Notes under the pieces: model-generated
Databases searched by the model: none
What the model was told of the DNA's origin: nothing
The model's input: only the letters and a program-made list of their open reading frames with translations
Assembly: GCA_028286685.1 (NCBI GenBank)
Contig: JAQBRA010000005.1
Location: 16,726-80,725 of the forward strand
Origin: Candidatus Adlerbacteria bacterium
Lineage (GTDB): Bacteria > Patescibacteriota > Minisyncoccia > Phycocordibacterales > SBAW01
Direction: 5' to 3'
DNA length: 64,000 bases
Made by a program: the position numbers and the translations under genes
Shown: positions 19,558 through 27,444 of the stretch, piece after piece
How the letters are laid out: each line of letters starts with the position of its first letter
Position numbering within the stretch: the first letter of the stretch is position 1

Positions 19558-20823
19558 TTAGGGAGTGAAGGATTCGGGTATGGGAAACTTCTGGGCGAGC
19601 GCTGTTATTTCGGCGCGTATAGCGCCGAGCTTTTCCGCATCTCCCCTGCCCTCAAGCGCATTCAGCATAAGCTCGGCCACCCGCGCGCACTCCGCTTCCT
19701 TAAATCCGCGCGTCGTTATGGCCGGCGTGCCAAAGCGGATGCCGGACGGGTCCATCGGCTTGCGCGAGTCGTCTGCGATGACATTCTTGTTGAGCGTGAT
19801 GCCGACTGAGTCCAGAATGGATTCTGCCTCTTTCCCTGATACGCCCAAGGAGCCGAACACATCGGCCAAAATAAGATGATTGCTGGTGCCGCCGGCCAGC
19901 ATGCGGATGCCGCGCGCGCGGAATACTTCCTCCATTGCTTTGGCGTTCTTAAGAATTTGCGCGGCGTACGTTTTAAAAGATGGCTGCAGGGCCTCGCCGA
20001 ATGCGACCGCCTTGGCCGCAATGACCTGCATCAATGGGCCGCCTTGCAGTCCCGGAAATACCGCCTTGTCTATTTTCTTTGCCAGCTCTTCCGACTCCCT
20101 CACCAAAATCAAGCCGCCGCGCGGCCCGCGCAGAGTCTTGTGCGTCGTCGAAGTCATAATATCGAACCCGGCATCAAACGGATTCTTGTGCACGCCGCCC
20201 GCGATAAGCCCCGCGATGTGCGCGATGTCGGCGACTGCATACGCCCCCACCTCGCGGGCGATTGCCACGAACTTCTCATAATCGAGCTCGCGGCTATAGG
20301 CCGAGAACCCGGCCAGAATTATTTTAGGCTTATGCTCGAGGGCTACGCGGCGCATTTCCTCGTAATCTATCTCGCCGGTCTCAACGTCTTTCATCTTGTA
20401 GCGGACGAAGTTAAAAATCTTGGCCAGGTAGGTCACCGGGTGCCCGTGGGTCAGATGCCCGCCGTGCGAAAGGTCCATGCCCAAGACGGTGTCGCCGGGC
20501 TCCAGAAGCGCCATGTACATGGCCATGTTGGCATTGGCGCCCGAGTGCGGCTGCACGTTAGCGAACCCCGCGTTAAATAATTTCTTGGCGCGCTCAATGG
20601 CAAGCGTCTCGACCGCATCGGTAAACTCCTGCCCGCCGTAGTAGCGCTTGCCCGGATAGCCCTCGGCGTACTTGTTGGTAAGTATCGAGCCCTGCGCCTC
20701 GCGCACCGCGAGAGACACATAATTCTCCGAAGGAATAAGCTCGAGGCCGTTAGCCTCGCGCGCCTCCTCTCCCGCCAGGGCGTCGCTTACTTCCTTGTCT
20801 TGCTTGCCTATAGAGTCGTACAT
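19558..20823 (-). CDS. glyA: Serine hydroxymethyltransferase
   Basis: LIPSENY, EGYPGKRYYGG, HGGHLTHG, STTHKTLRGPRGG. Confidence 0.97.
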   Translation of the reverse strand: MYDSIGKQDKEVSDALAGEEAREANGLELIPSENYVSLAVREAQGSILTNKYAEGYPGKRYYGGQEFTDAVETLAIERAKKLFNAGFANVQPHSGANANMAMYMALLEPGDTVLGMDLSHGGHLTHGHPVTYLAKIFNFVRYKMKDVETGEIDYEEMRRVALEHKPKIILAGFSAYSRELDYEKFVAIAREVGAYAVADIAHIAGLIAGGVHKNPFDAGFDIMTSTTHKTLRGPRGGLILVRESEELAKKIDKAVFPGLQGGPLMQVIAAKAVAFGEALQPSFKTYAAQILKNAKAMEEVFRARGIRMLAGGTSNHLILADVFGSLGVSGKEAESILDSVGITLNKNVIADDSRKPMDPSGIRFGTPAITTRGFKEAECARVAELMLNALEGRGDAEKLGAIRAEITALAQKFPIPESFTP

Positions 20824-20895
20824 ACAGGAAACTCTAGCTTGTTTGCATATAAAAAGAAACCGGCCCGCGAGGTGTTACCCGCGGGCCGTATCAGG

Positions 20896-21978
20896 TCATT
20901 TTTTGAAGTGCTTGGAGAGCTTGGCGCCCTTAAGCTGGCTCTTATAGCTGGAACGCGCCGCGCCTGAGCCGTAGAGCACCTCGGGAACATCCTTCATGTG
21001 CTCGTAGCGCACGCGGGCGATAGTCTGGCCATGCTCCACAGTCATGTCTTCGTAGGGCGTAATCTCCAGAGTGATAGGCTGACCTTTTGCCTTAAGCCCC
21101 CACCCCGGATCGAAGAATCCGGCTCCGTGCGAGCGGAAATCCCCGAACCTGGGGTCGATAGCCCGCAGTTCTGCCGCGCAGTCGGGCGGCAGGCGCAAGT
21201 GCTCGTGCGTGGTCAGGATGTAGCGGTTTCCCCGCAGCAAGTCGAGCCTGCCGCGGCGCATCCGCACCGGCCTGAAGAAGTCCGCCGGATCGTAGTGGTT
21301 CTTTCTGGAAAGATCGAGCACTTCGTTGACACGGCTGCATTCCCATCCGGCTACGCCGCGCGGCAAGCCGATAGTGAGCAAGAAGGAATCAGCCTGATAC
21401 GCAACCTCGCCACGGCAGAGCTTCTTTCCCGAAGGATCGAAAAAGAGGCCGGGGCTCTCCAAAAGCAAATCGAGTTCGAGTTTTTCGAGAAACGCCTTGC
21501 CGTCAAAGAGCCTGATCTGCGAGAGCGCCACCCCGGGAGATACCACGACCGGAAAGGCCTCGGGCTTGACCGAGATCCAGACCTCGCCCTTCCATCCCGG
21601 ACCGGTAAGCGCGTCGTACATGGTTACCCGGTCCGCGACGACACGAGTGAGCACGAACAGGCGCCCGGTCGAGGACTTGGGGTTAGCGTAGGCATACACG
21701 CTCGGCGGGAGGCGGAACTTGCCTTCTATCCGAATGAGGTACGTAACGCCGACCTCCAGAGGACTGCTCAGGTCATGTGGCGTTCCGCCGAACTCCCGTA
21801 TCTTGGCACGCACTGTCCCATTCTTGTCAGGGAAAAAGGAACGCACCAGTCGGTACGCCTCCGCCGAACAAGGCAGATCAAGAGAAGCCGGATTGAGATA
21901 TTCCTCCGACACCCCTTCAATGAATCCGCTTTGCAGTATTTTGCGAAGCGCTTGGATAGGCAGGACGCCGGTGGACAT
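20896..21978 (-). CDS. dcd: dCTP deaminase (long, two-domain form)
   Basis: NPASLDL, ANPKSSTGR, HGAGFFDPGWG; start at MSTGV. Confidence 0.88.
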   Translation of the reverse strand: MSTGVLPIQALRKILQSGFIEGVSEEYLNPASLDLPCSAEAYRLVRSFFPDKNGTVRAKIREFGGTPHDLSSPLEVGVTYLIRIEGKFRLPPSVYAYANPKSSTGRLFVLTRVVADRVTMYDALTGPGWKGEVWISVKPEAFPVVVSPGVALSQIRLFDGKAFLEKLELDLLLESPGLFFDPSGKKLCRGEVAYQADSFLLTIGLPRGVAGWECSRVNEVLDLSRKNHYDPADFFRPVRMRRGRLDLLRGNRYILTTHEHLRLPPDCAAELRAIDPRFGDFRSHGAGFFDPGWGLKAKGQPITLEITPYEDMTVEHGQTIARVRYEHMKDVPEVLYGSGAARSSYKSQLKGAKLSKHFKK

Positions 21979-22088
21979 ATGACAACTCCTCTGTGATTTT
22001 GTTCGTATCCGGAGCGAGCATACCAGAGCGGCAGGCAAAGAAAAAGGGCGCCCCGAAGGGCGCCCGATTACGTAGCTGACATGCGTAA

Positions 22089-22820
22089 TTATTTACGGAA
22101 GTGTTTCCCAGGAAGAGGCTGAAAGTTAACAGTCTCGAGTACCGCCGCCAGGATGTCTGCATGCACTTCTTCCCGCGAGCGGTTTGCATCGATCATATAG
22201 ACCTTGCCTTTGCGGTCATCTTTCATGACGACCTTTTCGAAATGCCGAAATCCTTGGCGTACTGATTCGTGCTTCTCTAGGGGCCATGCATCGAATCGGG
22301 TCTCTTTTTGCATCTCTTCTTTGGCGCGGATTTTCATCCGCTCGTCCGCAACTTCGGCAGGAAGGTCAAGAAGAATGTATGCGTCAGGCCGGAAATCCAG
22401 GCCCATTCTCCCTCGGATTTCCAAAAATACGGATTCGAGCTGGAATTGCCCCTCGCCGTAGATTTGAAATGCGAAGGTCGATGAATCGTAGCGATCGCTT
22501 ATAACGTGTCGGCCTTGGTTGATCCAGGGCCGTACCATCATTTCGACATGAGCCGCCCGGGACGCCCAAAAAAGAAAGAAGTCGCATGTGGGCGTCTTGG
22601 GAGGACCGTCCTTGCGCAAGAGCATTTTGCGGATTTCTTCCGCAATTTCTACCCCCTCCCCTCCCGGTTCACGAGTATAGCGCGAACGAACTCCCTGTCC
22701 AATAAGAGCCTCCTTTAGCAAGTCGATTTGCGTTCCCTTGCCGCAGCCATCCATGCCGTCGATGACGATAAATTTACCGTAGGGCCTCGTTCCCGTTTCC
22801 GTCATAACCAATACCCTCAC
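22089..22820 (-). CDS. tmk: Thymidylate kinase
   Basis: FIVIDGMDGCGKGTQ, TREPGG, DRYDSSTFAFQ. Confidence 0.94.
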   Translation of the reverse strand: MRVLVMTETGTRPYGKFIVIDGMDGCGKGTQIDLLKEALIGQGVRSRYTREPGGEGVEIAEEIRKMLLRKDGPPKTPTCDFFLFWASRAAHVEMMVRPWINQGRHVISDRYDSSTFAFQIYGEGQFQLESVFLEIRGRMGLDFRPDAYILLDLPAEVADERMKIRAKEEMQKETRFDAWPLEKHESVRQGFRHFEKVVMKDDRKGKVYMIDANRSREEVHADILAAVLETVNFQPLPGKHFRK

Positions 22821-22878
22821 TTATTGCCTGTTTGTACCCGCCCAGCATGGTGCCACACGGGGGGATAAAAAGAAAGCC

Positions 22879-22907
22879 TTGACCCCTCCCCCGCTACAAG
22901 CTACGGT
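22879..22907 (+). promoter_or_regulatory. Probable sigma70 promoter of thyA
   Basis: TTGACC-17 bp-TACGGT; AGGAAAGGA SD-like sequence before the GTG. Confidence 0.5.
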
Positions 22908-22946
22908 TGTTTCGGAAAGCTCTAACCCAAGGAAAGGAAACTGGTC

Positions 22947-23774
22947 GTGAAGATTTATAACGATGTACTTAAGCGGATTATGGACGAAGGCGTCGACCGC
23001 CAAGGACGCAACGCAGTGACGCGGGCGCTCTTTGCGGTCCAAATGCGCTTCAGAATGTCTGACGGATTTCCCGCCGTCACAACCAAGAAGCTAGCGTTCA
23101 AAGGGGTCAAAAGCGAGCTGCTGTGGTTCCTTGAGGGCAGTCGCGATGACAACCGCCTCAAGAAGCTCAACGGTTCTGGCCGGACCATATGGACCGAAAA
23201 CGCCGAGGCTGACTATTGGAAGCCGAAGGCGAAGTTTGATGGCGATTTGGGCCGAATCTACGGCGTTCAGTGGCGCAGCTGGCTTACTGCCGATGGACGC
23301 ACCATAGACCAAGTAGCTGATGCGATCGATAAAATTAAGAAGTCGCCCAGCGATCGCCGCATTATCGTCAGCGCATGGAACCCGGGCGAAATCGACCAAA
23401 TGGCCCTGCCGCCTTGCCACATGCTGTTCCAGTTCTTTGTGGCAAACGGCCGACTGTCACTCCACATGGTCCAGCGCAGCTGCGACATGTTCCTCGGCGT
23501 GCCGTTCAATATCGCGTCGTACTCCCTGCTTCTCCATATGGTGGCGCAGGTTACAGGTACCGTGGCAGACGAGTGCATCCTGACGCTCAACGATGCACAT
23601 ATCTACCACGAGCACTTTGATGCGGTAAACGAGCAGCTCTCGCGCGAGCCAATGAAACTCCCGGCCCTCTGGCTCAATCCAGAGATCAAGGATATCGATG
23701 GCTTTACGATGGATGATATTAGGCTCAAAAATTACGAAAGCCATCCCGTCATCCCGGCAAAAATGATCGTCTAA
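22947..23774 (+). CDS. thyA: Thymidylate synthase
   Basis: ELLWFL, YGVQWR, MALPPCH, QRSCDMFLGVPFNIASY, DAHIY. Confidence 0.97.
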   Translation: MKIYNDVLKRIMDEGVDRQGRNAVTRALFAVQMRFRMSDGFPAVTTKKLAFKGVKSELLWFLEGSRDDNRLKKLNGSGRTIWTENAEADYWKPKAKFDGDLGRIYGVQWRSWLTADGRTIDQVADAIDKIKKSPSDRRIIVSAWNPGEIDQMALPPCHMLFQFFVANGRLSLHMVQRSCDMFLGVPFNIASYSLLLHMVAQVTGTVADECILTLNDAHIYHEHFDAVNEQLSREPMKLPALWLNPEIKDIDGFTMDDIRLKNYESHPVIPAKMIV

Positions 23775-23949
23775 GGGCCGTTTGTTGCCACTAACATGCA
23801 GAGAAAAACATCCGCTCCGAGGCAACTCGGAGCGGTTTTTTTGCGCATACTACATTTTTGTCTAACCAAAAAAGACTGGGTGCTCAACTTGTGCAAAGGG
23901 CTCCAAATCAGTATAGTTTTTGCGGACAGACCAACATCAGGAGCGTGGC

Positions 23950-24459
23950 ATGAAATTGCCTTCGATCATTATCGTTGCCGCCATGACTCCCAAACGGGTT
24001 ATCGGCAACAACGGCACCATGCCGTGGAAGGTTCTGAGCGACCTTAAGCGGTTCAAGAAGATAACGACGCCCGGCGCGGTCGTCATGGGACCCAAGACAT
24101 TTTCGTCTATTGGCAGGCCGCTGCCTGGCCGGTTTAACATAGTCATAACAACCAACCGCAAATGGGAGCACCCGGGCGTCTTTACGGCCCACTCGGCCCG
24201 CGAAGCGCTCGAGCTCGCTGCCGTACACGGACAGCACGAGCTCTATGCCATAGGCGGTACGAGCGTGTACGAGACGTTCATCCCGCTTGCGGAGCAGATG
24301 TTCATCACCCTTATCCAGACAGACGTGGAGGGTGACACGCACTTCCCCCATTACTACGACAGTGATTGGTACGGCACCCGCCACAATCCTGACTGGAAGC
24401 TTGAACCTGGCGACCCGGTACCCACGAAGCTCATGCACTATCGACGCATTGTGCGATAA
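23950..24459 (+). CDS. folA: Dihydrofolate reductase
   Basis: VIG.NG.MPW..SDLKRFK, VMGPKT, RPLPGRFNIV, IGG, GDTHFP. Confidence 0.94.
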   Translation: MKLPSIIIVAAMTPKRVIGNNGTMPWKVLSDLKRFKKITTPGAVVMGPKTFSSIGRPLPGRFNIVITTNRKWEHPGVFTAHSAREALELAAVHGQHELYAIGGTSVYETFIPLAEQMFITLIQTDVEGDTHFPHYYDSDWYGTRHNPDWKLEPGDPVPTKLMHYRRIVR

Positions 24460-24500
24460 AAAAACGCCCGCGAGTTAATCTCGCGGGCATCTTTTTTTAT
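24458..24500. terminator. Bidirectional terminator between folA and rplK
   Basis: gcccgcgag-ttaat-ctcgcgggc with A and T tracts. Confidence 0.8.
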
Positions 24501-24510
24501 TTGATTGAAA

Positions 24511-24933
24511 CTACTTCACATCCACGCCCATGCTTCTTGCGGAGCCGGAAATGATCTTGATGGCAGTCTCCATGTCGTGCGCGTTAAGGTCGGCCATCTT
24601 TTTCTCAGCAATCTCCTTGACCTGCGCCTTAGTGATAACGCCTACCTTGGCGGTGTTGGGCTTGCCGCTTCCCTTCTCCTTGCCGATGGCCTTGAGGATG
24701 AGCGAGGAAGCCGGAGGGGTCTTGAGTATGAAGTCGTACGAGCGGTCCTCGTATACCGAGATGATGGCGGGGACGATGTCGCCGCGCATGTCCTTGGAGG
24801 CGTCGTTAAAGCGCTTGATGAACTCGCCGATGTTGATGCCGGCAGGGCCAAGCACCTGGCCCATGGCAGGGGTCATCGCGGCTGCGCCGCCCTGTGCCCG
24901 AATCTTGATTTTTTTGACTATTTTCTTGGCCAT
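24511..24933 (-). CDS. rplK: 50S ribosomal protein L11
   Basis: LGPAGINIGEF, VYEDRSYDF.LKTPP, GSARSMG. Confidence 0.96.
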   Translation of the reverse strand: MAKKIVKKIKIRAQGGAAAMTPAMGQVLGPAGINIGEFIKRFNDASKDMRGDIVPAIISVYEDRSYDFILKTPPASSLILKAIGKEKGSGKPNTAKVGVITKAQVKEIAEKKMADLNAHDMETAIKIISGSARSMGVDVK

Positions 24934-24976
24934 GTTGGTGTGTGGAGACAATACTCTAAATTAGCGGTTTCTGCAA

Positions 24977-25528
24977 TTAAATCCTCTTTATCTGTAGGAA
25001 GTCGAGTTCTACCGGGGTCTCGCGGCCAAACATAGCCACCAGGACCTTAACCTTGCCGCGGGCCTCGTCTACCTCGCCCACCTTGCCGTCGAGATCCTTA
25101 AACGGGCCGTCGACAATAACGACCGAGTCGCCGGCAGAGAGGTCGATAGAGTGCTTGACCGAGCCTTCGGTCGCCTGCATGCGACCCAAGAGCGTATCCA
25201 CCTCGTCTTGGCGCAGCGGCACCGGATTGACGCCCGAGCCCACGAAGCCGGTTACGCGCGGCGTGTTGCGCACGACGTACCAGGACTGGTCGTCCACTAT
25301 CATATCTACCAAGACGTAGCCCGGGTAGACCTTCTCCTCTTCCTCCACGCGGCGGCCGCCCTTGATCTTGATAGTCTTCTCGGTCGGCACGATTACCTGG
25401 AAGATCTTTTCTCCGAGGCCGAGCGACTCGATGCGCTGGCGCAGGTTGCGCGCCACGGCGTTCTCGTAGCCGGCGTAGGTGTGGATCGCGTACCAGGCGC
25501 GGCCGACGGATGTGTCTTGCTTGGACAT
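24977..25528 (-). CDS. nusG: Transcription termination/antitermination factor NusG
   Basis: WYAIHTYAGYE, PGYVLV, VRNTPRVTGFVG, KOW DGPF, FGRETPVEL; true start MSKQD. Confidence 0.96.
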   Translation of the reverse strand: MSKQDTSVGRAWYAIHTYAGYENAVARNLRQRIESLGLGEKIFQVIVPTEKTIKIKGGRRVEEEEKVYPGYVLVDMIVDDQSWYVVRNTPRVTGFVGSGVNPVPLRQDEVDTLLGRMQATEGSVKHSIDLSAGDSVVIVDGPFKDLDGKVGEVDEARGKVKVLVAMFGRETPVELDFLQIKRI

Positions 25529-25545
25529 AAGAAAGAGGTTGCTAG

Positions 25546-25716
25546 TTAGATAATCTGCTCGATACCGAAGCGGAAGACAAAGTCCAGGAGGCCGAGGTAC
25601 AGGGCGGTTACGACGGACACGATAACGACCACCGCAGTGTAAGCGATGGTGAGGTTGCGGCTGGGCCACGACACGTGCTTCATCTCGGCCCGAACGTCCC
25701 TAAAGTAGTTCCACAT
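25546..25716 (-). CDS. secE: Preprotein translocase subunit SecE (56 aa; not in ORF track)
   Basis: MWNYFRDVRAEMKHVSWPSRNLTIAYTAVVVIVSVVTALYLGLLDFVF..; secE-nusG-rplK synteny. Confidence 0.95.
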   Translation of the reverse strand: MWNYFRDVRAEMKHVSWPSRNLTIAYTAVVVIVSVVTALYLGLLDFVFRFGIEQII

Positions 25717-25756
25717 AAATTAAGCATTTTTAAAAGCCCTCTCGGGCCTTTTCCCC

Positions 25757-25785
25757 ATACTACGCCTCTTTAGCTGAGGCGTCAA
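25757..25785 (-). promoter_or_regulatory. sigma70 promoter of secE-nusG-rplK
   Basis: TTGACG-17 bp-TAGTAT; inverted repeat acgcctc/gaggcgt spans the spacer. Confidence 0.65.
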
Positions 25786-25878
25786 ATAGAGGGAATTCCC
25801 TCTTATTGATGCCTGTTTTGGGGCCAAAAAGTGGATTTTGGAACCGTTCGCCAGATACAATCATGCCATACTTAAGCC

Positions 25879-27429
25879 ATGGAACTTTTACGCAAATTTA
25901 TGGATCTCCCCTATGTAGTGGGAGCTCTAGCCGGAGCCCTGATTCTCTTGGGATTCGCTCCTTTCGGCCTCTGGCCGCTCATTATCCCAGGCCTTGCGCT
26001 CTACTTTTTAAACGCCTCGTATCCAAGCCGAAGCCGCAAGGCGGTGTGGTGGAGCGGATATCTGACCGGTTTTCTCGTAGAACTCTGGATCAGCTACCAG
26101 GGACTCGGGCACATGGCTCTCCTGCCGGGCGCGGAAGGATTTTCGCGCTTGGCACACGCGGGCCCCATAGCGGTTGCCTTTCTCGCAGGAGGCCCGGCCT
26201 TCGGCGCAGTAGCCCTCTTGTTCCAGGCAGTGCGCAGCCGCCTTGTGCTGCTTAATGCGCTTGCAGGCGCCTCGCTCTATACCCTCTCGGAGATGCCCCA
26301 GCAGCTAGCATCCTTTGGTTATTATTGGGCCTCGATCGCCCACCCTTTCACGGCCTTCCCGCCGGCGCTCACGCTCTCCTCGATAGGAGGAACTTTCCTG
26401 GTTTCGTTCTGCATCTCCTGGATCGCCTGCCTGGTAGCAGAGAGCGTGCTGCAGCCTCGTGCCGCAGTATCCGCCGCAGGCATAAGCGCCGCTGCACTCA
26501 TTCTGCTCTGGAGCGCCGGTGCAGCGTCCACTAACGGACTTGTTGAAAAAGGATCAGTCACGGTTGCAAGCGTGCAGACCGATAATTCCTCTCCTACATT
26601 TTCCCAAAGCGAAAATTCTCTTGGGAACCAAGCCCGGGGCCTTTTGGCCGAAGCCGGCAATGGCAGCGCAGGGCTCGTAGTGTTTCCGTGGAGCCTAGCA
26701 CCCGGGGCGTTCTATCTTGATGAGCCGTATCGGGGCGTTATCCGGGGACAAGCAATAACCGAGTCGCTCGGCGCCCACAATTCGCGACTCTCCGGCGCAG
26801 TCGCCTCAGGCACCGTAGCCCTGGTGTGGCCGCAAGTCTATGACGCGCGGGAGGGTCATTTTTATGAAACCTTCCAATTCGTAGAGAGCGGCGTTGCAAC
26901 GGCTGAATACCGCAAACAGCTCATGCATCCGTTCAGCGATTACTACCCGCACTGGATGCAGGCGCTCGGCTTGGCAACGCGCGACGACGCCATCACCCCG
27001 GGACCTTCCGTATCGCACACGCAAGTGGGCAGCTGGAATATCGGCAGCATCGACTGCTCGGAGCTGCACCGGCCGACACTCGCACGGCGCGAGGCTCGCG
27101 AAAGCGATTTTCTCGTATCTATGGGCTCCGATGCGATGTTCAACAACAGCATGACCTCTGAATACAGCCTTGCCGCAGCGCGCTATCGGGCGGCTGAGAA
27201 TAACATCCCTCTCTTACGCGCCTCGCTTGCAGGCCCTTCGGCTATCATTGGAGCCGATGGGTCAATAATTGCCTCCTTGCCTAAGGGAAAATCCGGCATA
27301 CTGCGCGGAGATATTCCTTTTTACGAAACTCGCCAGCAAACGCTCTATAACCGGTTTGGACTGCTTCCTATTGGCCTCATCATAGTATCGAGCGTTGCCG
27401 CGGCCCTTATTGCGCGCCGGAGATACTAG
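25879..27429 (+). CDS. Apolipoprotein N-acyltransferase (Lnt)-like protein, atypical active site
   Basis: FAPF, multi-TM N-terminus, Y.K..HPF.DY.P, IDCSE, RYRAAENN.PLLRA...GPSAII..DG. Confidence 0.8.
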   Translation: MELLRKFMDLPYVVGALAGALILLGFAPFGLWPLIIPGLALYFLNASYPSRSRKAVWWSGYLTGFLVELWISYQGLGHMALLPGAEGFSRLAHAGPIAVAFLAGGPAFGAVALLFQAVRSRLVLLNALAGASLYTLSEMPQQLASFGYYWASIAHPFTAFPPALTLSSIGGTFLVSFCISWIACLVAESVLQPRAAVSAAGISAAALILLWSAGAASTNGLVEKGSVTVASVQTDNSSPTFSQSENSLGNQARGLLAEAGNGSAGLVVFPWSLAPGAFYLDEPYRGVIRGQAITESLGAHNSRLSGAVASGTVALVWPQVYDAREGHFYETFQFVESGVATAEYRKQLMHPFSDYYPHWMQALGLATRDDAITPGPSVSHTQVGSWNIGSIDCSELHRPTLARREARESDFLVSMGSDAMFNNSMTSEYSLAAARYRAAENNIPLLRASLAGPSAIIGADGSIIASLPKGKSGILRGDIPFYETRQQTLYNRFGLLPIGLIIVSSVAAALIARRRY

Positions 27430-27444
27430 GCTCCGTACCCAAAC

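Noticed and set aside
25529-25669. N-terminal extension of NusG in the ORF track
   Set aside because: It overlaps secE in another frame; the real start is MSKQD at 25528.
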